From Euprymna scolopes (taxonomy: Eukaryota): a stretch of DNA of 64,000 nucleotides. The translations under genes were made by a program, and so were the position numbers. Location: assembly GCA_053919585.1 (NCBI GenBank), contig CM132799.1, one strand, 5' to 3'. The notes under the pieces are model-generated. The model was not told the DNA's origin, did not search any database, and saw nothing but the letters and a program-made list of their open reading frames with translations. This document shows positions 36,901-54,900 of this stretch, piece by piece (position 1 is the first letter of the stretch; the number at the start of each line of letters is the position of its first letter).

Positions 36901-39900
36901 GACTCACTAACTGACTCACTAACTGACTAACTAACTGACTAACTAACTGACTAACTGACTAACTAACTGACTAACTAACTGACTCACTAACTGACTAACT
37001 AACTGACTAACTAACTGACTAACTAACTGACTCACTAACTGACTAACTAACTGACTCACTAACTGACTAACTAACTGACTAACTAACTGACTCACTAACT
37101 GACTCACTAACTGACTAACTAACTGACTAACTAACTGACTAACTAACTGACGAACTAACTGACTCACTAACTGACTAACTAACTGACTAACTAACTGACT
37201 CACTAACTGACTCACTAACTGACTAACTAACTGACTCACTAACTGACTCACTAACTGACTAACTAACTGACTAACTAACTGACTCACTAACTGACTCACT
37301 AACTGACTCACTAACTGACTAACTAACTGACTCACTAACTGACTAACTAACTGACTAACTAACTGACTAACTAACTGACTAACTGACTAACTAACTGACT
37401 AACTAACTGACTCACTAACTGACTAACTAACTGACTAACTAACTGACTCACTAACTGACTAACTAACTGACTCACTAACTGACTAACTAACTGACTAACT
37501 AACTGACTCACTAACTGACTCACTAACTGACTAACTAACTGACTCACTAACTGACTAACTAACTGACTCACTAACTGACTAACTAACTGACTCACTAACT
37601 GACTCACTAACTGACTAACTAACTGACTAACTAACTGACTCACTAACTGACTAACTAACTGACTAACTAACTGACTCACTAACTGACTAACTAACTGACT
37701 CACTAACTGACTCACTAACTGACTCACTAACTGACTCACTAACTGACTCACTAACTGACTCACTAACTGACTAACTAACTGACTAACTAACTGACTAACT
37801 GACTAACTAACTGACTAACTAACTGACTCACTAACTGACTAACTAACTGACTCACTAACTGACTAACTAACTGACTCACTAACTGACTAACTAACTGACT
37901 CACTAACTGACTAACTAACTGACTAACTAACTGACTCACTAACTGACTCACTAACTGACTAACTAACTGACTAACTAACTGACTAACTAACTGACTAACT
38001 AACTGACTCACTAACTGACTAATTAACTGACTAACTAACTGACTAACTAACTGACTAACTAACTGACTCACTAACTGACTCACTAACTGACTCACTAACT
38101 GACTCACTAACTGACTAACTAACTGACTCACTAACTGACTCACTAACTGACTAACTAACTGACTCACTAACTGACTAACTAACTGACTCACTAACTGACT
38201 AACTAACTGACTCACTAACTGACTAACTAACTGACTCACTAACTGACTAACTAACTGACTCACTAACTGACTCACTAACTGACTCACTAACTGACTCACT
38301 AACTGACTCACTAACTGACTAACTAACTGACTCACTAACTGACTAACGAACTGACTAACTAACTGACTCACTAACTGACTCACTAACTGACTCACTAACT
38401 GACTCACTAACTGACTAACTAACTGACTCACTAACTGACTCACTAACTGACTAACTAACTGACTCACTAACTGACTAACTAACTGACTCACTAACTGACT
38501 AACTAACTGACTCACTAACTGACTAACTAACTGACTCACTAACTGACTAACTAACTGACTAACTAACTGACTAACTAACTGACTAACTAACTGACTCACT
38601 AACTGACTAACTAACTGACTCACTAACTGACTCACTAACTGACTCACTAACTGATTCACTAACTGACTAACTAACTGACTCACTAACTGACTCACTAACT
38701 GACTCACTAACTGACTAACTAACTGACTCACTAACTGACTCACTAATTGACTAACTGACTAACTAACTGACTAACTAACTGACTCACTAACTGACTCACT
38801 AACTGACTCACTAACTGACTCACTAACTGACTCACTAACTGACTCACTAATTGACTAACTGACTAACTAACTGACTAACTAACTGACTCACTAACTGACT
38901 AACTAACTGACTCACTAACTGACTCACTAACTGACTAACTAACTGACTAACTAACTGACTGACTAACTGACTAACTAACTGACTTACTAACTGACTAACT
39001 AACTGACTTACTAACTGACTCACTAACTGACTAACTAACTGACTAACTAACTGACTCACTAACTGACTCACTAACTGACTCACTAACTGACTAACTAACT
39101 GACTCACTAACTGACTCACTAACTGACTCACTAACTGACTTACTAACTGACTAACTAACTGACTAACTAACTGACTCACTAACTGACTCACTAACTGACT
39201 CACTAACTGACTGACTAACTGACTCACTAACTGACTCACTAACTGACTAACTAACTGACTCACTAACTGACTAACTAACTGACTAACTAACTGACTCACT
39301 AACTGACTCACTAACTGACTAACTAACTGACTAACTAACTGACTAACTAACTGACTCACTAACTGACTAACTAACTGACTAACTAACTGACTAACTAACT
39401 GACTCACTAACTGACTCACTAACTGACTAACTAACTGACTCACTAACTGACTAACTAACTGACTCACTAACTGACTAACTAACTGACTCACTAACTGACT
39501 AACTAACTGACTCACTAACTGACTCACTAACTGACTAACTAACTGACTCACTAACTGACTAACTAACTGACTAACTAACTGACTCACTAACTGACTAACT
39601 AACTGACTGACTAACTGACTAACTAACTGACTCACTAACTGACTAACTAACTGACTCACTAACTGACTGACTAACTGACTAACTAACTGACTGACTAACT
39701 GACTAACTAACTGACTCACTAACTGACTAACTAACTGACTCACTAACTGACTAACTAACTGACTGACTAACTGACTAACTAACTGACTCACTAACTGACT
39801 AACTAACTGACTCACTAACTGACTAACTAACTGACTCACTAACTGACTAACTAACTGACTCACTAACTGACTCACTAACTGACTAACTAACTGACTAACT

Positions 39901-42900
39901 AACTGACTATCTAACTGACTAACTAACTGACTAACTAACTGACTCACTAACTGACTCACTAACTGACTCACTAACTGACTGACTAACTGACTCACTAACT
40001 GACTGACTAACTGACTCACTAACTGACTCACTAACTGACTAACTAACTGACTAACTAACTGACTAACTAACTGACTCACTAACTGACTCACTAACTGACT
40101 AACTAACTGACTCACTAACTGACTAACTAACTGACTCACTAACTGACTCACTAACTGACTCACTAACTGACTCACTAACTGACTAACTAACTGACTAACT
40201 AACTGACTCACTAACTGACTCACTAACTGACTAACTAACTGACTAACTAACTGACTAACTAACTGACTCACTAACTGACTCACTAACTGACTAACTAACT
40301 GACTAACTAACTGACTAACTAACTGACTCACTAACTGACTAACTAACTGACTAACTAACTGACTAACTAACTGTCTCACTAACTGACTCACTAACTGACT
40401 AACTAACTGACTAACTAACTGACTAACTAACTGACTCACTAACTGACTAACTAACTGACTCACTAACTGACTAACTAACTGACTAACTAACTGACTAACT
40501 AACTGACTAACTAACTGACTAACTAACTGACTCACTAACTGACTCACTAACTGACTAACTAACTGACTCACTAACTGACTAACTAACTGACTAACTAACT
40601 GACTCACTAACTGACTCACTAACTGACTCACTAACTGACTCACTAACTGACTCACTAACTGACTAACTAACTGACTCACTAACTGACTAACTAACTGACT
40701 CACTAACTGACTAACTAACTGACTAACTAACTGACTCACTAACTGACTCACTAACTGACTAACTAACTGACTAACTAACTGACTAACTAACTGACTCACT
40801 AACTGACTCACTAACTGACTAACTAACTGACTAACTAACTGACTAACTAACTGACTAACTAACTGACTCACTAACTGACTAACTAACTGACTAACTAACT
40901 GACTAACTGACTAACTAACTGACTAACTAACTGACTCACTAACTGACTAACTAACTGACTAACTAACTGACTAACTAACTGACTCACTAACTGACTAACT
41001 AACTGACTCACTAACTGACTAACTAACTGACTAACTAACTGACTCACTAACTGACTCACTAACTGACTAACTAACTGACTAACTAACTGACTAACTAACT
41101 GACGAACTAACTGACTCACTAACTGACTAACTAACTGACTAACTAACTGACTCACTAACTGACTCACTAACTGACTAACGAACTGACTCACTAACTGACT
41201 CACTAACTGACTAACTAACTGACTAACTAACTGACTCACTAACTGACTCACTAACTGACTCACTAACTGACTAACTAACTGACTCACTAACTGACTAACT
41301 AACTGACTAACTAACTGACTAACTAACTGACTAACTGACTAACTAACTGACTAACTAACTGACTCACTAACTGACTAACTAACTGACTAACTAACTGACT
41401 CACTAACTGACTAACTAACTGACTCACTAACTGACTAACTAACTGACTAACTAACTGACTCACTAACTGACTCACTAACTGACTAACTAACTGACTCACT
41501 AACTGACTAACTAACTGACTCACTAACTGACTAACTAACTGACTCACTAACTGACTCACTAACTGACTAACTAACTGACTAACTAACTGACTCACTAACT
41601 GACTAACTAACTGACTAACTAACTGACTCACTAACTGACTAACTAACTGACTCACTAACTGACTCACTAACTGACTCACTAACTGACTCACTAACTGACT
41701 CACTAACTGACTCACTAACTGACTCACTAACTGACTAACTAACTGACTAACTAACTGACTAACTGACTAACTAACTGACTAACTAACTGACTCACTAACT
41801 GACTAACTAACTGACTCACTAACTGACTAACTAACTGACTCACTAACTGACTAACTAACTGACTCACTAACTGACTAACTAACTGACTCACTAACTGACT
41901 AACTAACTGACTAACTAACTGACTCACTAACTGACTCACTAACTGACTCACTAACTGACTAACTAACTGACTAACTAACTGACTAACTAACTGACTAACT
42001 AACTGACTCACTAACTGACTAACTAACTGACTAACTAACTGACTAACTAACTGACTAACTAACTGACTCACTAACTGACTCACTAACTGACTCACTAACT
42101 GACTAACTAACTGACTAACTAACTGACTTACTAACTGACTCACTAACTGACTAACTAACTGACTAACTAACTGACTCACTAACTGACTAACTAACTTACT
42201 CACTAACTGACTAACTAACTGACTCACTAACTGACTAATTAACTGACTCACTAACTGACTAACTAACTGACTAACTAACTGACTCACTAACTGACTAACT
42301 AACTGACTAACTAACTGACTCACTAACTGACTAACTAACTGACTAACTAACTGACTAACTAACTGACTCACTAACTGACTCACTAACTGACTCACTAACT
42401 GACTCACTAACTGACTAACTAACTGACTAACTAACTGACTCACTAACTGACTAACTAACTGACTCACTAACTGACTAACTAACTGACTCACTAACTGACT
42501 AACTAACTGACTAACTAACTGACTCACTAACTGACTAACTAACTGACTAACTAACTGACTCACTAACTGACTCACTAACTGACTCACTAACTGACTCACT
42601 AACTGACTAACTAACTGACTAACTAACTGACTCACTAACTGACTAACTAACTGACTAACTAACTGACTAACTAACTGACTCACTAACTGACTAACTAACT
42701 GACTCACTAACTGACTAACTAACTGACTAACTAACTGACTCACTAACTGACTCACTAACTGACTCACTAACTGACTAACTAACTGACTCACTAACTGACT
42801 CACTAACTGACTCACTAACTGACTAACTAACTGACTCACTAACTGACTAACTAACTGACTCACTAACTGACTCACTAACTGACTAACTAACTGACTAACT

Positions 42901-45900
42901 AACTGACTAACTAACTGACTCACAAACTGACTAACTAACTGACTCACTAACTGACTCACTAACTGACTAACTAACTGACTCACTAACTGACTAACTAACT
43001 GACTAACTAACTGACTAACTAACTGACTCACTAACTGACTAACTAACTGACTCACTAACTGACTAACTAACTGACTAACTAACTGACTCACTAACTGACT
43101 AACTAAATGACTCACTAACTGACTAACTAACTGACTCACTAACTGACTAACTAACTGACTCACTAACTGACTCACTAACTGACTAACTAACTGACTCACT
43201 AACTGACTAACTAACTGACTCACTAACTGACTAACTAACTGACTCACTAACTGACTAACTAACTGACTAACTAACTGACTCACTAACTGACTAACTAAAT
43301 GACTCACTAACTGACTAACTAACTGACTCACTAACTGACTAACAAACTGACTCACTAACTGACTAACTAACTGACTCACTAACTGACTCACTAACTGACT
43401 CACTAACTGACTAACTAACTGACTCACTAACTGACTAACTAACTGACTCACTAACTGACTAACTAACTGACTCACTAACTGACTCACTAACTGACTAACT
43501 AACTGACTAACTAACTTACTAACTAACTGACTAACTAACTGACTAACTAACTGACTAACTTACTGACTAACTAACTGACTCACTAACTGACTAACTAACT
43601 GACTCACTAACTGACTAACTAACTGACTCACTAACTGACTCACTAACTGACTAACTAACTGACTAACTAACTGACTAACTAACTGACTCACTAACTGACT
43701 AACTAACTGACTCACTAACTGACTCACTAACTGACTAACTAACTGACTAACTAACTGACTAACTAACTGACTCACTAACTGACTAACTAACTGACTAACT
43801 AACTGACTAACTAACTGACTAACTAACTGACTCACTAACTGACTAACTAACTGACTAACTAACTGACTAACTAACTGACTAACTGACTAACTAACTGACT
43901 AACTAACTGACTCACTAACTGACTAACTAACTGACTCACTAACTGACTAACTAACTGACTCACTAACTGACTAACTAACTGACTCACTAACTGACTAACT
44001 AACTGACTCACTAACTGACTAACTAACTGACTAACTAACTGACTAACTAACTGACTAACTAACTGACTAACTAACTGACTCTCTAACTGACTAACTAACT
44101 GACTCACTAACTGACTAACTAACTGACTCACTAACTGACTCACTAACTGACTAACTAACTGACTAACTAACTGACTAACTAACTGACTCACTAACTGACT
44201 AACTAACTGACTCACTAACTGAGTCACTAACTGACTAACTAACTGACTAACTAACTGACTAACTAACTGACTAACTAACTGACTAACTAACTGACTAACT
44301 AACTGACTCACTAACTGACTAACTAACTGACTAACTAACTGACTAACTAACTGACTAACTGACTAACTAACTGACTAACTAACTGACTAACTAACTGACT
44401 CACTAACTGACTCACTAACTGACTCACTAACTGACTAACTAACTGACTAACTAACTGACTAACTAACTGACTAACTAACTGACTAACTAACTGACTAACT
44501 AACTGACTAACTAACTGACTCACTAACTGACTCACTAACTGACTAACTAACTGACTCACTAACTGACTAACTAACTGACTCACTAACTGACTCACTAACT
44601 GACTAACTAACTGACTCACTAACTGACTAACTAACTGACTAACTAACTGACTAACTAACTGACTCACTAACTGACTCACTAACTGACTCACTAACTGACT
44701 AACTAACTGACTCACTAACTGACTAACTAACTGACTCACTAACTGACTAACTAACTGACTCACTAACTGACTAACTAACTGACTCACTAACTGACTAACT
44801 AACTGACTCACTAACTGACTAACTAACTGACTCACTAACTGACTAACTAACTGACTCACTAACTGACTAACTAACTGACTAACTAACTGACTAACTAACT
44901 GACTAACTAACTGACTCACTAACTGACTAACTAACTGACTCACTAACTGCCTAACTAACTGACTAACTAACTGACTAACTAACTGACTCACTAACTGACT
45001 CACCAACTGACTAACTAACTAACTGACTAACTAACTGACTCACTAACTGACTAACTGACTAACTAACTGACTCACTAACTGACTAACTAACTGACTCACT
45101 AACTGACTCACTAACTGACTAACTAACTGACTAACTAACTGACTAACTAACTGACTAACTAACTGACTCACTAACTGACTAACTAACTGACTAACTAACT
45201 GACTAACTAACTGACTAACTAACTGACTCACTAACTGACTAACTAACTGACTCACTAACTGACTAACTAACTGACTAACTAACTGACTCACTAACTGACT
45301 AACTAACTGACTCACTAACTGACTAACTAACTGACTCACTAACTGACTAACTAACTGACTCACTAACTGACTAACTAACTGACTAACTAACTGACTAACT
45401 AACTGACTCACTAACTGACTCACTAACTGACTAACTAACTGACTCACTAACTGACTAACTAACTGACTCACTAACTGACTAACTAACTGACTCACTAACT
45501 GACTCACTAACTGACTAACTAACTTACTCACTAACTGACTAACTAACTGACTCACTAACTGACTAACTAACTGACTAACTAACTGACTAACTAACTGACT
45601 CACTAACTGACTAACTAACTGACTAACTAACTGACAAACTAACTGACTAACTGACTAACTAACTGACTAACTAACTGACTCACTAACTGACTAACTAACT
45701 GACTAACTAACTGACTTACTAACTGACTCACTAACTGACTAACTAACTGACTAACTAACTGACTCACTAACTGACTAACTAACTGACTCACTAACTGACT
45801 AACTAACTGACTCACTAACTGACTCAGTAACTGACTAACTAACTGACTCACTAACTGACTAACTAACTGACTCACTAACTGACTAACTAACTGACTCACT

Positions 45901-48900
45901 AACTGACTAACTAACTGACTCACTAACTGACTAACTAACTGACTCACTAACTGACTAACTAACTGACTAACTAACTGACTCACTAACTGACTCACTAACT
46001 GACTAACTAACTGACTCACTAACTGACTCACTAACTGACTAACTAACTGACTAACTAACTGACTAACTAACTGACTAACTAACTGACTAACTAACTGACT
46101 CACTAACTGACTAACTAACTGACTAACTAACTGACTAACTAACTGACTCACTAACTGACTAACTAACTGACTAACTAACTGACTCACTAACTGACTAACT
46201 AACTGACTCACTAACTGACTAACTAACTGACTCACTAACTGACTAACTAACTGACTCACTAACTGACTCACTAACTGACTAACTAACTGACTAACTAACT
46301 GACTAACTAACTGACTCACTAACTGACTCACTAACTGACTAACTAACTGACTCACTAACTGACTAACTAACTGACTCACTAACTGACTAACTAACTGACT
46401 CACTAACTGACTCACTAACTGACTAACTAACTGACTAACTAACTGACTAACTAACTGACTAACTAACTGACTAACTAACTGACTCACTAACTGACTAACT
46501 AACTGACTAACTAACTGACTAACTAACTGACTCACTAACTGACTAACTAACTGACTAACTAACTGACTCACTAACTGACTAACTAACTGACTCACTAACT
46601 GACTAACTAACTGACTAACTAACTGACTCACTAACTGACTCACTAACTGACTAACTAACTGACTAACTAACTGACTAACTAACTGACTAACTAACTGACT
46701 CACTAACTGACTAACTAACTGACTCACTAACTGACTAACTAACTGACTTTCTAACTGACTCACTAACTGACTAACTAACTGACTAACTAACTGACTAACT
46801 AACTGACTCACTAACTGACTCACTAACTGACTCACTAACTGACTAACTAACTGACTAACTAACTGACTAACTAACTGACTCACTAACTGACTAACTAACT
46901 GACTAACTAACTGACTAACTAACTGACTAACTAACTGACTCACTAACTGACTAACTAACTGACTAACTAACTGACTAACTAACTGACTCACTAACTGACT
47001 AACTACCTGACTCACTAACTGACTCACTAACTGACTAACTAACTGACTAACTAACTGACTAACTAACTGACTAACTAACTGACTCACTAACTGACTAACT
47101 AACTGACTCACTAACTGACTAACTAACTGACTCACTAACTGACTCACTAACTGACTAACTAACTGACTCACTAACTGACTAACTAACTGACTCTATAACT
47201 GACTAACTAACTGACTCAGTAACTGACTAACTAACTGACTCACTAACTGACTAACTAACTGACTCACTAACTGACTAACTAACTGACTCACTAACTGACT
47301 AACTAACTGACTCACTAACTGACTAACTAACTGACTCACTAACTGACTAACTAACTGACTCACTAACTGACTAACTAACTGACTCACTAACTGACTAACT
47401 AACTGACTAACTAACTGACTAACTAACTGACTAACTAACTGACTAACTAACTGACTAACTAACTGACTCACTAACTGACTAACTAACTGACTCACTAACT
47501 GCCTAACTAACTGACTAACTAACTGACTAACTAACTGACTGACTAACTGACTCACTAACTGACTAACTAACTAACTGACTAACTAACTGACTCACTAACT
47601 GACTAACTGACTAACTAACTGACTCACTAACTGACTAACTAACTGACTCACTAACTGACTCACTAACTGACTCACTAACTGACTAACTAACTGACTAACT
47701 AACTGACTAACTAACTGACTCACTAACTGACTAACTAACTGACTAACTAACTGACTAACTAACTGACTAACTAACTGACTCACTAACTGACTAACTAACT
47801 GACTCACTAACTGACTAACTAACTGACTCACTAACTGACTAACTAACTGACTCACTAACTGACTAACTAACTGACTAACTAACTGACTAACTAACTGACT
47901 AACTAACTGACTCACTAACTGACTAACTAACTGACTAACTAACTGACTAACTAACTGACTCAGTAACTGACTAACTAACTGACTCACTAACTGACTCACT
48001 AACTGACTAACTAACTGACTCACTAACTGACTCACTAACTGACTAACTAACTGACTCACTAACTGACTAACTAACTGACTAACTAACTGACTAACTAACT
48101 GACTAACTAACTGACTAACTAACTGACTCACTAACTGACTCACTAACTGACTAACTAACTGACTCACTAACTGACTAACTAACTGACTAACTAACTGACT
48201 CACTAACTGACTAACTAACTGACTCACTAACTGACTCACTAACTGACTAACTAACTGACTCACTAACTGACTAACTAACTGACTCACTAACTTACTAACT
48301 AACTGACTCACTAACTGACTCACTAACTGATTAACTAACTGACTCACTAACTGACTCACTAACTGACTAACTAACTGACTCACTAACTGACTAACTAACT
48401 GACTAACTAACTGACTAACGAACTGACTAACTAACTGACTCACTAACTGACTCACTAACTGACTCACTAACTGACTCACTAACTGACTAACTAACTGACT
48501 AACTAACTGACTCACTAACTGACTAACTAACTGACTCACTAACTGACTCACTAACTGACTCACTAACTGACTCACTAACTGACTAACTAACTGACTCACT
48601 AACTGACTAACTAACTGACTCACTAACTGACTAACTAACTGACTCACTAACTGACTAACTAACTGACTCACTAACTGACTAACTAACTGACTCACTAACT
48701 GACTAACTAACTTACTCACTAACTGACTAACTAACTGACTAACTAACTGACTAACTAACTGACTAACTAACTGACTAACTAACTGACTCACTAACTGACT
48801 AACTAACTGACTCACTAACTGACTAACTAACTGACTCACAAACTGACTCACTAACTGACTAACTAACTGACTAACTAACTGACTAACTAACTGACTCACT

Positions 48901-51900
48901 AACTGACTAACTAACTGACTCACTAACTGAGTCACTAACTGACTAACTAACTGACTAACTAACTGACTAACTAACTGACTCACTAACTGACTAACTAACT
49001 GACTAACTAACTGACTAACTAACTGACTAACTAACTGACTAACTAACTGACTAACTAACTGACTAACTAACTGACTCACTAACTGACTAACTAACTGACT
49101 CACTAACTGACTAACTAACTGACTCACAAACTGACTCACTAACTGACTAACTAACTGACTAACTAACTGACTAACTAACTGACTCACTAACTGACTAACT
49201 AACTGACTCACTAACTGAGTCACTAACTGACTAACTAACTGACTAACTAACTAACTGACTAACTGACTAACTAACTGACTAACTAACTGACTCACTAACT
49301 GACTAACTAACTGACTCACTAACTGACTCACTAACTGACTCACTAACTGACTAACTAACTGACTAACTAACTGACTAACTAACTGACTAACTAACTGACT
49401 AACTAACTGACTAACTAACTGACTCACTAACTGACTAACTAACTGACTCACTAACTGACTAACTAACTGACTCACTAACTGACTCACTAACTGACTAACT
49501 AACTGACTCACTAACTGACTAACAAACTGACTAACTAACTGACTCACTAACTGACTAACTAACTGACTAACTAACTGACTAACTAACTGACTCACTAACT
49601 GACTAACTAACTGACTCACTAACTGACTAACTAACTGACTCACTAACTTACTAACTAACTGACTCACTAACTGACTAACTAACTGACTCACTAACTGACT
49701 AACTAACTGACTCACTAACTGACTAACTAACTGACTAACTAACTGACTAACTAACTGACTAACTAACTGACTCACTAACTGACTAACTAACTGACTCACT
49801 AACTGCCTAACTAACTGACTAACTAACTGACTAACTAACTGACTCACTAACTGCCTAACTAACTGACTAACTAACTGACTAACTAACTGACTCACTAACT
49901 GACTAACTGACTAACTAACTGACTCACTAACTGACTAACTAACTGACTCACTAACTGACTCACTAACTGACTCACTAACTGACTAACTAACTGACTAACT
50001 AACTGACTAACTAACTGACTAACTAACTGACTCACTAACTGACTAACTAACTGACTAACTAACTGACTAACTAACTGACTAACTAACTGACTCACTAACT
50101 GACTAACTAACTGACTCACTAACTGACTAACTAACTGACTCACTAACTGACTAACTAACTGACTCACTAACTGACTAACTAACTGACTAACTAACTGACT
50201 AACTAACTGACTCACTAACTGACTAACTAACTGACTAACTAACTGACTAACTAACTGACTCACTAACTGACTAACTAACTGACTCACTAACTGACTCACT
50301 AACTGACTAACTAACTTACTCACTAACTGACTAACTAACTGACTCACTAACTGACTAACTAACTGACTAACTAACTGACTAACTAACTGACTCACTAACT
50401 GACTAACTAACTGACTAACTAACTGACAAACTAACTGACTAACTGACTAACTAACTGACTAACTAACTGACTCACTAACTGACTAACTAACTGACTAACT
50501 AACTGACAAACTAACTGACTCACTAACTGACTAACTAACTGACTAACTAACTGACTCACTAACTGACTAACTAACTGACTCACTAACTGACTAACTAACT
50601 GACTCACTAACTGACTCACTAACTGACTCACTAACTGACTCACTAACTGACTAACTAACTGACTCACTAACTGACTCACTAACTGACTCACTAACTGACT
50701 AACTAACTGACTAACTAACTGACTCACTAACTGACTCACTAACTGACTAACTAACTGACTAACTAACTGACTAACTAACTGACTCACTAACTGACTAACT
50801 AACTGACTAACTAACTGACTAACTAACTGACTCACTAACTGACTCACTAACTGACTAACTAACTGACTAACTAACTGACTCACTAACTGACTAACTAACT
50901 GACTCACTAACTGACTAACTAACTGACTCACTAACTGACTAACTAACTGACTCACTAACTGACTAACTAACTGACTCACTAACTGACTAACTAACTGACT
51001 AACTAACTGACTAACTAACTGACTAACTAACTGACTAACTAACTGACTAACTAACTGACTAACTAACTGACTAACTAACTGACTCACTAACTGACTCACT
51101 AACTGACTAACTAACTGACTAACTAACTGACTCACTAACTGACTAACTAACTGACTCACTAACTGACTAACTAACTGACTCACTAACTGACTAACTAACT
51201 GACTCACTAACTGACTCACTAACTGACTAACTAACTGACTAACTAACTGACTAACTAACTGACTAACTAACTGACTAACTAACTGATTCACTAACTGACT
51301 AACTAACTGACTCACTAACTGACTAACTAACTGACTCACTAACTGACTAACTAACTGACTAACTAACTGACTAACTAACTGACTCACTAACTGACTAACT
51401 AACTGACTCACTAACTGACTCACTAACTGACTAACTAACTGACTAACTAACTGACTAACTAACTGACTCACTAACTGACTAACTAACTGACTAACTAACT
51501 AACTGACTAACTAACTGACTCACTAACTGACTAACTAACTGACTAACTAACTGACTAACTAACTGACTAACTGACTAACTAACTGACTAACTAACTGACT
51601 CACTAACTGACTAACTAACTGACTCACTAACTGACTCACTAACTGACTCACTAACTGACTAACTAACTGACTAACTAACTGACTAACTAACTGACTAACT
51701 AACTGACTCACTAACTGACTAACTAACTGACTCACTAACTGACTAACTAACTGACTCACTAACTGACTCACTAACTGACTAACTAACTGACTCACTAACT
51801 GACTAACTAACTGACTCAGTAACTGACTAACTAACTGACTCACTAACTGACTAACTAACTGACTCACTAACTGACTAACTAACTGACTCACTAACTGACT

Positions 51901-54900
51901 AACTAACTGACTCACTAACTGACTAACTAACTGACTCACTAACTGACTTACTAACTGACTCACTAACTGACTAACTAACTGACTCACTAACTGACTAACT
52001 AACTGACTCACTAACTGACTAACTAACTGACTAACTAACTGACTAACTAACTGACTAACTAACTGACTCACTAACTGACTAACTAACTGACTCACTAACT
52101 GCCTTACTAACTGACTAACTAACTGACTAACTAACTGACTGACTAACTGACTCACTAACTGACTAACTAACTAACTGACTAACTAACTGACTCACTAACT
52201 GACTAACTGACTAACTAACTGACTCACTAACTGACTAACTAACTGACTCACTAACTGACTCACTAACTGACTCACTACCTGACTAACTAACTGACTAACT
52301 AACTGACTAACTAACTGACTAACTAACTGACTCACTAACTGACTAACTAACTGACTCACTAACTGACTAACTAACTGACTCACTAACTGACTAACTAACT
52401 GACTCACTAACTGACTAACTAACTGACTAACTAACTGACTAACTAACTGACTAACTAACTGACTAACTAACTGACTAACTAACTGACTCACTAACTGACT
52501 AACTAACTGACTAACTAACTGACTAACTAACTGACTCAGTAACTGACTAACTAACTGACTCACTAACTGACTCACTAACTGACTAACTAACTGACTCACT
52601 AACTGACTCACTAACTGACTAACTAACTGACTCACTAACTGACTCACTAACTGACTAACTAACTGACTAACTAACTGACTAACTAACTGACTCACTAACT
52701 GACTCACTAACTGACTAACTAACTGACTCACTAACTGACTAACTAACTGACTAACTAACTGACTAACTAACTGACTAACTAACTGACTCACTAACTGACT
52801 AACTAACTGACTCACTAACTGACTCACTAACTGACTAACTAACTGACTCACTAACTGACTAACTAACTGACTCACTAACTGACTAACTAACTGACTCACT
52901 AACTGACTCACTAACTGATTAACTAACTGACTCACTAACTGACTCACTAACTGACTAACTAACTGACTCACTAACTGACTAACTAACTGACTAACTAACT
53001 GACTAACGAACTGACTAACTAACTGACTCACTAACTGACTAACTAACTGACTCACTAACTGACTAACTAACTGACTCACTAACTGACTCACTAACTGACT
53101 AACTAACTGACTCACTAACTAACTAACTAACTGACTCACTAACTGACTAACTAACTGACTCACTAACTGACTCACTAACTGACTAACTAACTGACTCACT
53201 AACTGACTAACTAACTGACTCACTAACTGACTAACTAACTGACTAACTAACTGACTCACTAACTGACTAACTAACTGACTCACTAACTGACTCACTAACT
53301 GACTAACTAACTGACTCACTAACTGACTGACTAACTAACTGACTCACTAACTGACTAACTAACTGACTAACTAACTGACTCACTAACTGACTCACTAACT
53401 GACTAACTAACTGACTCACTAACTGACTAACTAACTGACTCACTAACTGACTAACTAACTGACTAACTAACTGACTCACTAACTGACTAACTAACTGACT
53501 CACTAACTGACTCACTAACTGACTCACTAACTGACTCACTAACTGACTAACTAATTGACTAACTGACTAACTAACTGACTAACTAACTGACTCACTAACT
53601 GACTAACTAACTGACTCACTAACTGACTAACTAACTGACTCTATAACTGACTAACTAACTGACTCAGTAACTGACTAACTAACTGACTCACTAACTGACT
53701 AACTAACTGACTCACTAACTGACTAACTAACTGACTCACTAACTGACTAACTAACTGACTCACTAACTGACTAACTAACTGACTCACTAACTGACTAACT
53801 AACTGACTCACTAACTGACTAACTAACTGACTCACTAACTGACTAACTAACTGACTCACTAACTGACAAACTAACTGACTAACTAACTGACTAACTAACT
53901 GACTAACTAACTGACTCACTAACTGACTAACTAACTGACTCACTAACTGCCTAACTAACTGACTAACTAACTGACTAACTAACTGACTGACTAACTGACT
54001 CACTAACTGACTAACTAACTAACTGACTAACTAACTGACTCACTAACTGACTAACTGACTAACTAACTGACTCACTAACTGACTAACTAACTGACTCACT
54101 AACTGACTCACTAACTGACTCACTAACTGACTAACTAACTGACTAACTAACTGACTAACTAACTGACTAACTAACTGACTCACTAACTGACTAACTAACT
54201 GACTAACTAACTGACTCACTAACTGACTCACTAACTGACTAACTAACTGACTCACTAACTGACTAACTAACTGACTCACTAACTGACTAACTAACTGACT
54301 AACTAACTGACTAACTAACTGACTCACTAACTGACTAACTAACTGACTAACTAACTGACTAACTAACTGACTCAGTAACTGACTAACTAACTGACTCACT
54401 AACTGACTCACTAACTGACTAACTAACTGACTCACTAACTGACTCACTAACTGACTAACTAACTGACTCACTAACTGACTAACTAACTGACTAACTAACT
54501 GACTCACTAACTGACTAACTAACTGACTAACTAACTGACTATCTAACTGACTAACTAACTGACTCACTAACTGACTAACTAACTGACTCACTAACTGACT
54601 AACTAACTGACTAACTAACTGACTCACTAACTGACTAACTAACTGACTCACTAACTGACTAACTAACTGACTCACTAACTTACTAACTAACTGACTCACT
54701 AACTGACTCACTAACTGATTAACTAACTGACTCACTAACTGACTCACTAACTGACTAACTAACTGACTAACTAACTGACTAACTAACTGACTAACGAACT
54801 GACTAACTAACTGACTCACTAACTGACTAACTAACTGACTCACTAACTTACTCACTAACTGACTCACTAACTGACTAACTAACTGACTAACTAACTGACT

